A program made the position numbers and the translations under genes. DNA of 64,000 nt from Minisyncoccota bacterium (GTDB lineage: Bacteria > Patescibacteriota > Minisyncoccia > Phycocordibacterales > JAQTLZ01), in the NCBI GenBank assembly GCA_028714635.1, contig JAQTLZ010000002.1:121841-185840 (forward strand). Reading direction: 5' to 3'. Below the pieces are notes generated by a model that was not told the origin of the DNA, did no database searches, and worked only from the letters and a program-made list of their open reading frames with translations. This document shows, piece by piece, positions 15,914 to 23,906 of the stretch (within the stretch, counting starts at the first letter, position 1; each line of letters opens with the position of its first letter).

Positions 15914-16726
15914 ATGGACGAAAATAAAATAGGAAGTGGAACGAGTGTAGATCACTCACGAGTAAAAAAAGCTCTCGCGCTTTTTCTGGTAATTGTTTCG
16001 ATATTCTTTGTTATAAAAACAGTCAATGAAGTAAAGAAGGGTGAGCTTATCGGAAGCGGTACAACAGCGACGAATCTCATTTCAGTTTCAGGAACGGGGG
16101 ATGTTTCGGCAGTTCCAGATATCGCAACTTTTTCTTTGACGGTTACGAACTCGAATAAATCCGTATCTGTCGCGCAAGGAGCAACCACAGAAAAAATGAA
16201 TTCGGTTCTCAAAGTTTTGAAGGATACCTATAAGATTGATGAGAAAGATATTAAAACGACGGGCTACGATATTCAGCCGAATTATGATTATGTCCAAAGC
16301 CTTTGTATTCAAGGAGATTGTACTTCAGGGCGGCAAATTCTTCGAGATTATTCAGTATCACAGAGCATAACGGTGAAGGTGCGTGATACTGCGAAGGCAG
16401 GAGATATTATTGCAGCTGTCGGACAACTCAATGTGAATTATCTAAGTGGCCTTACATTTAGCATCGATAACCAAGATGCGCTTAACGAACAGGCTCGAAA
16501 GAAAGCGATTGATCAGGCGAAAGCGAAAGCAGAAGTATTGGCGGGGGATTTGGGCGTGAAGCTTGTGCGAATCGTGAACTTTAGCGAGAACGGAAATTAT
16601 CCGATTGCATTTGATAGAGGAATGATGGCATCTGCGCCGATGATGGAGAAAGCAGTGGCACCCGACATTCCAAAAGGGGAGAACAAGATCACTTCAAACG
16701 TGACGATTACGTACGAGATACGCTAG
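15914..16726 (+). CDS. SIMPL/DUF541 family periplasmic protein
   Basis: 270 aa. TM anchor, then the SIMPL pattern (TFSLTV..., QARKKAIDQAKAKAEVLA, ITSNVTITYEI). Confidence 0.8.
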   Translation: MDENKIGSGTSVDHSRVKKALALFLVIVSIFFVIKTVNEVKKGELIGSGTTATNLISVSGTGDVSAVPDIATFSLTVTNSNKSVSVAQGATTEKMNSVLKVLKDTYKIDEKDIKTTGYDIQPNYDYVQSLCIQGDCTSGRQILRDYSVSQSITVKVRDTAKAGDIIAAVGQLNVNYLSGLTFSIDNQDALNEQARKKAIDQAKAKAEVLAGDLGVKLVRIVNFSENGNYPIAFDRGMMASAPMMEKAVAPDIPKGENKITSNVTITYEIR

Positions 16727-16749
16727 AACTAAGGATATTTTTGATAAGA

Positions 16750-16778
16750 AAAACTGCCGGTTCTGGCAGTTTTTCTTT
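16750..16778 (+). terminator. rho-independent terminator
   Basis: AAAACTGCC/GGCAGTTTT stem with a 6-nt loop, T-rich tail. Confidence 0.75.
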
Positions 16779-16847
16779 GTTGACTTCTTTTTTGAAAAGA
16801 GTACTATATATACGAACCCCGCGGGGTGTTTTTTAATCCAAAAAAAT

Positions 16848-17027
16848 ATGTCAAAACTCACTGAATATGTTAAAGACACACAAGCAGAATTGAAGCATGT
16901 AAGCTGGCCGACACGAAGCCAAGCTATTGCTTTTACTGTTGTTGTTATTCTCATTTCTATCGTCGTATCATTTTTCCTTGGACTTTTCGATTCACTTTTT
17001 CAGTATTTGCTTTCACAAATCGTTTAA
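16848..17027 (+). CDS. secE: preprotein translocase subunit SecE (59 aa, below the ORF-track cutoff)
   Basis: Hand translation gives MSKLTEYVKDTQAELKHVSWPTRSQAIAFTVVVILISIVVSFFLGLFDSLFQYLLSQIV. Canonical position upstream of nusG. Confidence 0.85.
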   Translation: MSKLTEYVKDTQAELKHVSWPTRSQAIAFTVVVILISIVVSFFLGLFDSLFQYLLSQIV

Positions 17028-17042
17028 CTTTTCCTCATAACT

Positions 17043-17588
17043 ATGGCAAAACAAAAAATAGACGAAGGGCGAAATTGGTATGTCATCCACACCTATGCTG
17101 GATATGAAAATGCCGTTGCTCGAAACCTAAAACAGCGCATCGAATCTCTTGGAATGGAGAACAAGATTTTCAACGTGCTCGTTCCAACAGAAAAGAAGAT
17201 CAAAATTAAAGGAGGGAAGCGAGTAGAGGAGGAAGAGAAAATTTATCCCGGATACATTCTTGTGGATATGATCGTGACTGATGATTCTTGGTACGTAGTT
17301 CGAAACACTCCTCGTGTGACCGGCTTCGTCGGCTCTGGAGTATACCCAGTTCCAATCGATCAGAAAGAAGTAGACGCGCTCTTCAAGAGAATGCAATCCG
17401 ATACCGTAAAGCACACGATTGATCTTGCTCCAGAAGACCATGTGATGATCGTTGACGGCCCATTCAAGGATTTGGACGGCAAGGTAAACGAGGTTGATCA
17501 GGAAAGAGGCAAGGTGAAAGTGCTTGTTTCGATGTTCGGACGAGAGACGCCAGTAGAACTCGACTTCCTTCAGGTCAAAAAGGCTTAA
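17043..17588 (+). CDS. nusG: transcription termination/antitermination factor NusG
   Basis: 181 aa. WYVIHTYAGYENAV N-terminal domain and a KOW motif (VDGPFKDLDGKV). Confidence 0.95.
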   Translation: MAKQKIDEGRNWYVIHTYAGYENAVARNLKQRIESLGMENKIFNVLVPTEKKIKIKGGKRVEEEEKIYPGYILVDMIVTDDSWYVVRNTPRVTGFVGSGVYPVPIDQKEVDALFKRMQSDTVKHTIDLAPEDHVMIVDGPFKDLDGKVNEVDQERGKVKVLVSMFGRETPVELDFLQVKKA

Positions 17589-17616
17589 AAAAGTTTAGCT
17601 GAAGCAAACTTTTTTA

Positions 17617-17658
17617 ACGTCGGGCTTTTTTCCTGAAATAATGAAAAAAGCCCGACGT
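17617..17658. terminator. 15-bp inverted repeat between nusG and rplK (terminator/attenuator)
   Basis: ACGTCGGGCTTTTTT/AAAAAAGCCCGACGT with a 12-nt loop. Preceded by a second hairpin, AAAAAGTTT..AAACTTTTT. Confidence 0.55.
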
Positions 17659-17709
17659 AAACTAGTTCAGTTGCAAATAAGAAGAAATTAAGATAACCTA
17701 CACACACTT

Positions 17710-18132
17710 ATGGCAAAGAAAGTAACAAAAAAATTGAAGCTTGTGATCGCCGGGGGAAAGGCAAACCCAGCTCCACCAATTGGCCCTGCGCTTGGTCAGG
17801 CTGGTATTAACATTGGGGAGTTCGTCACCAAGTTCAACGCTGCAACCAAGGATATGATCGGAGACCTCGTTCCCGTACAGGTTTTTGTATACGAAGACCG
17901 AACATTCTCTTTTGTCACCAAGACTCCTCCCGCATCGAGCCTTATCATGAAGGCGATCAAGATCGACAAAGGTTCAGGCAAGCCAAACACCTCAAAAGTA
18001 GGAAAGATCAGCCGAGCGCAGATCAAAGCAATTGCAGAAAAGAAACTTCCTGATTTGAATGCGAATGATTTGGCTGGGGCTATGAAGATTATTGAGGGAA
18101 GCGCCCGCTCAATGGGGGTTGATGTGATCTAA
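17710..18132 (+). CDS. rplK: 50S ribosomal protein L11
   Basis: 140 aa. [19 protein letters not shown] signature. Confidence 0.95.
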   Translation: MAKKVTKKLKLVIAGGKANPAPPIGPALGQAGINIGEFVTKFNAATKDMIGDLVPVQVFVYEDRTFSFVTKTPPASSLIMKAIKIDKGSGKPNTSKVGKISRAQIKAIAEKKLPDLNANDLAGAMKIIEGSARSMGVDVI

Positions 18133-18224
18133 ATCACATCAACCGACCTTTTGAGACAGAATTCCGCGTATGCGCGGAAATTATGTCCAAAAGGTGTACT
18201 GCTCCTGTAAGGAGTTGATGTGAT
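18118..18224 (+). ncRNA. copy B of the GUACWG/UGUAA motif with flanking triple repeat
   Basis: GTTGATGTGAT (18118-18128, end of rplK), its complement ATCACATCAAC (18133-18143), P-a ACCTTTTG/CAAAAGGT (18146-18153/18188-18195), inner hairpin TTCCGCG..CGCGGAA, GTACTG 18196-18201, CTCC-TGTAA-GGAG 18202-18214, then GTTGATGTGAT again (18214-18224). Confidence 0.6.
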
Positions 18225-18240
18225 TGGATAAATAATGATA

Positions 18241-18278
18241 AAAAGCCCCGCGCCGTAAGGAGCGGGGCTTTTCTTTTT
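18241..18278 (+). terminator. rho-independent terminator
   Basis: GCCCCGC(18245-18251)/GCGGGGC(18262-18268), then TTTTCTTTTT. Confidence 0.8.
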
Positions 18279-18297
18279 CCTGTGATATAGTATTTTC

Positions 18298-20943
18298 ATG
18301 GAAAATTTTACTCCTAAAAATCCAGCCGAACTCGAACTTCAGCTCCAGAAGGCCAGCCAAACTCTTGGAGAATCTATTGCCGTTCCTTCTAAAATAGCAG
18401 ATACGCTTGGTATTTCTTTAGAAGACCTTAAGGTCAAGTTTCCTCGACGATACGAGGCGTATCTCAAGCTTATCCGAGCTGAGAAAAACAACCAGGAAAT
18501 TCCGCAAGAAGATCTCGAACATTTTCAAAAATGGATTCGAGCACTTAACAATCTTGATCGTTATATAGAATCACAAAAGACCGAAATCGGCAGAACCCTT
18601 CGTGAAAAACAAGTAGGCGTTTTCGAGGATATGAGGGATTTCGTGGAAGAGGGTGGCCAGGCTGGTTACGTTAAATTACCTACGGGATTTGGTAAGACTG
18701 TCATTTTCTCTCAATTCGTAGAGGCTCTTGGCTTACGTACACTTATCGCAGTCCCCAAGAAGAATCTTGTCCACCAAACAGCAAAAAGCCTTGAACGGTT
18801 CACTGATCTTGATGTTGGAAAACTGTATCAATATGCCAAAGAGCACGATAAGCCAGTGACGGTTAGTACATACCAATCGATGATAAAGGAAACTGAAGAT
18901 GGAGGATTAAAGCCGGAAGAGTACGACTGCCTTATCTTGGACGAAGCGCATAAAGCACTTGGGCCAAAAAGTGTTCACACCATTGAAAAGTTTGATCATG
19001 CGCTCCGGCTCGGATTCACAGCCACTCCGCAATATTCTGAAACAAAAGGAGTGCAAGATCTTTTGGAAACAGAAATCCACAGCATCTCGATCAAAGAGGC
19101 TGTGGACGATGGGGCGCTTTCCTCCTTTTCGGTCATTTTAGCAAGAACTAAAGTAGACCTTTCGAAAGTAAAGGTGAAATCTGACGGAGAATATGATGAA
19201 AAAGATTTGGAAAAAGCCATAAACGTAGCTTCCCGCAATATGGCTGCAATCAATCTTTATAAAAAGATGTTTAATGGAAAACACGCAATGGCCTATTGCG
19301 CTGGTGTCGAACATGCCCGGGAAGTTGCACGACTTTTCAACGAAGCTGGCATCAAAAGCGTAGCGGTCGCAGGTGAAGACCATCTTTCGGAAGAAGAAAT
19401 GTTGGATATCTTTGAAAAATTCCGTTCAGGAGAGATCAAAGTGATTACCAATGCTGATATTTTTGTCGAAGGATTCGATGAGCCGAAAGCTTCTGTGTGT
19501 CTCAATTTGCGCCCAACCGCATCACCGGTCGTGGCAGAACAGCGGGGCGGTAGAGTTTTGAGACTAGATCCTTCCGATGAGAATAAGCACGCGTTTATCG
19601 TTGACTTTGTTGATGAGGATGAGAAGGCAGATTCCATAAATATTTCTTTTGCAGAAGTTGCGGAAGCTTCTGAATTTCCTCCGAGGACAAACTCGCGTCT
19701 CGGAGAGGTCACTCCAGATCAAACTGAATCAGTTTCTCGCGAGAAAAGCGATATTGTCATCGAAGGGCTGGAGCTTGTAACTGATCCGAATGAAGTTATG
19801 AGGCTCGTACAGAACAAGGCGTCCAGAAAAAAAGGAACAAATGCCGAGCTAGAAGCTCAGGAAATACCGAAATGCCCGGAAGGATGGCTTGCCGTTTTGT
19901 ATTTTTCTGATGACCAACATAAAAAATATGGTTTAAAAAGATATATGGAACGTTCCATAATTTCTAGGGTAGAGCGCAAAAACGCGCATCTCTTCGGTCA
20001 ATTTAGAAGCGAGCGAAAAACGCAAGATACAGAGTGGTTTTTGTCGCCTGAAGCGCAGGCTCTTATTGAAAAGGATATGGCTTATCATGCGGGGTGGGAC
20101 TTGAAAGAGAGAGGATATACTTCTGGGCTTGAGCTCAGTAAAAGATTCGCTCTTTTTAGAGAAAAATTTCGACATTTGGAAGATGAAATATCAGAGGCGG
20201 ATCCGCAAGCGATAATTACCCGTACCTATCAGAGATTTTATTCTGCGGATGCAATAAAAGAAATTGAGGCTGTTTATGGCAAGTTTGCTCCAGAGGGATG
20301 GATTTATCGGGCGGATATCTTCCGTAAATATTTTGGCGGTAGTAAAACTGGGGGTGACGCAGGGAACAAGTTGGTGGAAAAGTTGAAGAAAGAGATGCCT
20401 GATGAAGTCGATGTGTTTGTGAATAGGCCAACTGGCCATAGTTTAGAGTTCTATTCGCCTCGTTTTGTTGAAGAGTTTGGGAAGAGAGATATAACCAGTG
20501 TCTACAAAAGCAAAGAAGAAAAAGCAAAGCGCATCGAGGATAAGAAGCGGGAAGGTCCTCCTTCGGGGTGGTTTCCTGTGAAAGATATTGTTATTTTGTG
20601 TCGAATTAAGGAACCTTTCCTCAGGCGCAAATTGAATGATATGGAGTTTTTGCACGATAATGAAATTAAAAATCTCGCTTTCGGCTTTAAGACGAACATA
20701 CTCTGTGCCACGGCAAAAATAATTCGCCAAATTATCCTGGATGATTGTAAACGTATCAAAACGGGAGAGCCGCCAGCTGGCTGGCAATCAACAGATGAGA
20801 TTTTACAGGCAAGAAGCTTAGAACTGCAAGATTTCTACTATAAACTTCTTTCTTTGCTGCCGACTCCAGAGACTATGAAGAGATATACAAAGAAAGGTGT
20901 CACTGACTACTATTTCAGTCCTGATTTTTTGGCAAAGTTATAA
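18298..20943 (+). CDS. SF2 DEAD/DEAH-box (ResIII-type) helicase with a repeat-containing C-terminal extension of about 430 aa
   Basis: Motif I PTGFGKT, motif II LDEAHKA, motif III FTATPQ, plus a helicase-C region. TGATATAGT -10 box ends 6 nt before the ATG. Confidence 0.8.
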   Translation: MENFTPKNPAELELQLQKASQTLGESIAVPSKIADTLGISLEDLKVKFPRRYEAYLKLIRAEKNNQEIPQEDLEHFQKWIRALNNLDRYIESQKTEIGRTLREKQVGVFEDMRDFVEEGGQAGYVKLPTGFGKTVIFSQFVEALGLRTLIAVPKKNLVHQTAKSLERFTDLDVGKLYQYAKEHDKPVTVSTYQSMIKETEDGGLKPEEYDCLILDEAHKALGPKSVHTIEKFDHALRLGFTATPQYSETKGVQDLLETEIHSISIKEAVDDGALSSFSVILARTKVDLSKVKVKSDGEYDEKDLEKAINVASRNMAAINLYKKMFNGKHAMAYCAGVEHAREVARLFNEAGIKSVAVAGEDHLSEEEMLDIFEKFRSGEIKVITNADIFVEGFDEPKASVCLNLRPTASPVVAEQRGGRVLRLDPSDENKHAFIVDFVDEDEKADSINISFAEVAEASEFPPRTNSRLGEVTPDQTESVSREKSDIVIEGLELVTDPNEVMRLVQNKASRKKGTNAELEAQEIPKCPEGWLAVLYFSDDQHKKYGLKRYMERSIISRVERKNAHLFGQFRSERKTQDTEWFLSPEAQALIEKDMAYHAGWDLKERGYTSGLELSKRFALFREKFRHLEDEISEADPQAIITRTYQRFYSADAIKEIEAVYGKFAPEGWIYRADIFRKYFGGSKTGGDAGNKLVEKLKKEMPDEVDVFVNRPTGHSLEFYSPRFVEEFGKRDITSVYKSKEEKAKRIEDKKREGPPSGWFPVKDIVILCRIKEPFLRRKLNDMEFLHDNEIKNLAFGFKTNILCATAKIIRQIILDDCKRIKTGEPPAGWQSTDEILQARSLELQDFYYKLLSLLPTPETMKRYTKKGVTDYYFSPDFLAKL

Positions 20944-21024
20944 TTCTCGTCTTCGTCTATACTTATATAGACCAAGAATTTATCGTATATGTTAAACTAA
21001 TTCCATTATCATCTCTTTATTTTT

Positions 21025-22878
21025 ATGAACAAAAAAGGATTTTTGCCGGTTCTCATTGGAATAATTATCGCACTTCTTTTAGTCGGCGGGGGAATATTCT
21101 ATTTTGTTAAAAAACAGCAAACGGTATCTTCCTCTGTTGATGCTGTTTCTACTGCTGATTGGAAAACATATGGAAACGAGAAAGACGGTTTTGAATTTCA
21201 GTATCCCCCAAAATTTAAAATTGACCCAAATGCTTCCGAAGTATTTTTCGACATAACAGGAGAAGATAATCAGGTATTTTTTAGTGCTTCTGCTGACCCG
21301 ATCGTGGATGCACATGGAGTACCTTTGACTTTCGAAAAGTGGCTCAAATATTATGGCTTTGACGAGGGGTACAAAAGAGAAAACAGAACAATCAACGGGA
21401 ATTCATGGCTACGTTTAGAAGGTTCGGGTCGCGGTAGGACTTTTTATATTCTCGTGAAAGGAAATATGATGTACAGCTTTATTATGGGCTATGGAGCTCA
21501 GAATCGGCCGGACTTGCTTTTGTTGCAGGATAAAATTGTTACCACTTTCAAATTTACCTCTAATTCCATCTCCACTTCCGATTGGAAAACATACAGAAAC
21601 ATAAAAGAAAGATTTCAAATGCAGTATCCTCCCAGTTGGAAGGTGGTTGAAAATGTTTCTGCTCCATATCTTGTAAAATTTGTTGATCCTCTTCGTGAAG
21701 CAAAGCCGGGTACCGATCAGTCGGAAGATATGGTCTTAGTAGGTACGGGCACAATAAAACCCGCTGACTGGGAGAAAGGCTCCGGTTCGGTTTTCTGGAA
21801 GCAGGATTATGTAACGGGGGAACGCTACGTAAGAATGTCAGCCTTTGATGAAACTTCAGAAAAAATTGAAGAAAAAATTCAGTCTAGTTTTAGATTTTTA
21901 GAAGAAAAGGCGGGATGGTCTAGCTATCGAAGTACAACAGATCAATTTGATATATCTTATCCCGGCCTCTCGGCTCTGAATTTTTGGAAATTAAAGCAAG
22001 AACCCATAGAAGTTTATACCAATAAGTTACTTTTCGATTCAAGAGGGTGTCTTATAAGTAATCAAAAAAATCCTCTTGAATATATTGGAAGCCCTCTTCT
22101 TGGTGGTATTCAATTTTGTCTTAATCAAAGCATTGATCGTTCGATGGGAAATGTTTCTCTCGATTATTACTACACTACATTTAAATTCGGGAAATTTTAT
22201 GTAATTCACCTCAAGTCTGAAGGTCTTTGCACAGCCGATTCTTCAAAATCCTCTGATATTTGCAGTCTTGATAACCCCTCTGTCCAGTCGCGCATAAGGC
22301 AAGATGGGGATGAAGTTGCACTGTCTTTCAAATTTTTGGAGCCAGATCAATCAAAAGCTGATTGGGATACGTCCCCGGCAGATTGGTTGGTTTATAAGCA
22401 CCCGATTTATGGGTATTCTCTCAAATATCCTAGGAGTTTCTCGAACCATGATAGAGGAGAATCAGGAGAGAATTTAATTCCGCCCAATGATTATTTTGAG
22501 GGAACCACATTTCATGGCGGAGCCAGTTTTATAACCGGTATAAATGATGTTGATGAAAAAAACTGTTCAATGATACCTTATCGTTCCACTCAAGAGCTGG
22601 CCCGTGTTGTGAAGGATGGGCAAGTCTATTATAAAATTCAAACGAGCACTATCATGGCGGGAGATCCAAGGGACAGAGATCTCACTATTCAATACAGCGC
22701 GTTTAAGAATAGGGTATGCTATCAACTTACATTGAGCATGTATATCGTGAATCCTTCATCTGTTTATTCCAATCCTGAAGAAATTCTCAATGCCCAAAAA
22801 CAGAATATTATAGTGGAAGAGAAGTTGAAAAAACTATTTGATGTGATTGCTCAGACTTTTGTTGTACCGGCTAATTAG
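21025..22878 (+). CDS. membrane-anchored extracellular repeat protein
   Basis: 617 aa. N-terminal TM, and four modules each opened by (D)W..Y.....F...YP (DWKTYGNEKDGFEFQYP, DWKTYRNIKERFQMQYP, GWSSYRSTTDQFDISYP, DWLVYKHPIYGYSLKYP). Confidence 0.7.
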   Translation: MNKKGFLPVLIGIIIALLLVGGGIFYFVKKQQTVSSSVDAVSTADWKTYGNEKDGFEFQYPPKFKIDPNASEVFFDITGEDNQVFFSASADPIVDAHGVPLTFEKWLKYYGFDEGYKRENRTINGNSWLRLEGSGRGRTFYILVKGNMMYSFIMGYGAQNRPDLLLLQDKIVTTFKFTSNSISTSDWKTYRNIKERFQMQYPPSWKVVENVSAPYLVKFVDPLREAKPGTDQSEDMVLVGTGTIKPADWEKGSGSVFWKQDYVTGERYVRMSAFDETSEKIEEKIQSSFRFLEEKAGWSSYRSTTDQFDISYPGLSALNFWKLKQEPIEVYTNKLLFDSRGCLISNQKNPLEYIGSPLLGGIQFCLNQSIDRSMGNVSLDYYYTTFKFGKFYVIHLKSEGLCTADSSKSSDICSLDNPSVQSRIRQDGDEVALSFKFLEPDQSKADWDTSPADWLVYKHPIYGYSLKYPRSFSNHDRGESGENLIPPNDYFEGTTFHGGASFITGINDVDEKNCSMIPYRSTQELARVVKDGQVYYKIQTSTIMAGDPRDRDLTIQYSAFKNRVCYQLTLSMYIVNPSSVYSNPEEILNAQKQNIIVEEKLKKLFDVIAQTFVVPAN

Positions 22879-22912
22879 AGTCTCTCCAGTGTTACCCTAT
22901 ATCTATCAACAG

Positions 22913-22940
22913 AAAATACTATCATATATGATAGTATTTT
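22913..22940. terminator. perfect palindromic bidirectional terminator
   Basis: AAAATACTATCATATATGATAGTATTTT, between convergent genes. Confidence 0.75.
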
Positions 22941-22976
22941 AGGAAAGGGAAAGGTCTACGTATAAGTGCTTTTTGA

Positions 22977-23906
22977 TTACATAGTGAAACCAGATGCAAT
23001 CATCTCACTAAGTTTCTTGCGCAGTATCTCATAACCATCGGGGATTTTTCTTCCTTGTTTTGTCTCCAGCATATGTTTTATGGGTCTTATAAGACCTGGG
23101 AATTTCGATCTTCTCAAGAGATCTTTGTCCTTTTGACCACTATAGAATGAGAAAGTCTGCTCTGCGAAAAGATTTCCATAATCCCACAAGCCAGCAAAAT
23201 CTGCTGCCGGATCTGCGATGTCGATATCTGAAAAATCAATAATGCCGGTTAAGGCTCCTGTGGTTTGGTCAAAAAGTATATGTTTGTTGTTTAAATCATA
23301 ATGAATTATTTTTGGTTCAAAGTCGAAAGACAGACCGAGATATTCATTGAACTGGTGTTCAACCCAGTCAACCTCTTTGTTTGTCAATTCAGGAAAAACT
23401 TTCTCTCGTAACTCTTTTAAAATTGATTCGATATTTCGCTTTCCCCACCAGTGCCCTTTCGGATCAGCCTTGAAACCGCAGTTTCTCAATATCTCCGTCG
23501 GCGTCGAATGTAAATCCGAAATAAATTTTCCTAATGCTTTGGCGATATCAGTTTTTTGAATTTCACTTTGTGAATTGAAAAGTTCAGGTTGCATTTCAGT
23601 ACCAGTCAGCATTTGATATCCACCAAAGCTCCTGTCTTTAGAAAGATAGATATATTTGGGAATGGGTAGCGTTACTTTTGTGAGTAGGTGTTCTAGGAAT
23701 TTTACCTCCACTTGAAAACGTCGAATATAATTCTCCGATTTAGGAAAACGGAAAATGAGCCTATCGTCCAAGACGATCACATTGTTATCCCATCCATGAG
23801 TGATCAATCTGGAATTTTGAAACGAAACTTCGGGGAATTCCTTTTTTATAAGCTCCAGATATTCTTCTTTTGTTCTTTCCATAACTATTTTTCCAAAGTG
23901 ACCCAA
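22977..23906 (-). CDS. aminoglycoside/choline-kinase-like phosphotransferase (APH family)
   Basis: 309 aa. Brenner motif IIHYDLNNKHILF and IIDFSDIDIADP. Confidence 0.75.
   Translation of the reverse strand: MGHFGKIVMERTKEEYLELIKKEFPEVSFQNSRLITHGWDNNVIVLDDRLIFRFPKSENYIRRFQVEVKFLEHLLTKVTLPIPKYIYLSKDRSFGGYQMLTGTEMQPELFNSQSEIQKTDIAKALGKFISDLHSTPTEILRNCGFKADPKGHWWGKRNIESILKELREKVFPELTNKEVDWVEHQFNEYLGLSFDFEPKIIHYDLNNKHILFDQTTGALTGIIDFSDIDIADPAADFAGLWDYGNLFAEQTFSFYSGQKDKDLLRRSKFPGLIRPIKHMLETKQGRKIPDGYEILRKKLSEMIASGFTM

Noticed and set aside
18133-18210. Reading the motif as a small peptide gene. One frame ends in GV(L/Q)LL-stop in all three copies, and in copy B that frame is contiguous with rplK after its stop codon.
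   Set aside because: Upstream of the last five codons, the three reading frames encode unrelated sequences with in-frame stops and no consistent start codon. The A-versus-B substitutions in the terminal hairpin are base-pair compensatory. RNA structure explains the data better than coding does.
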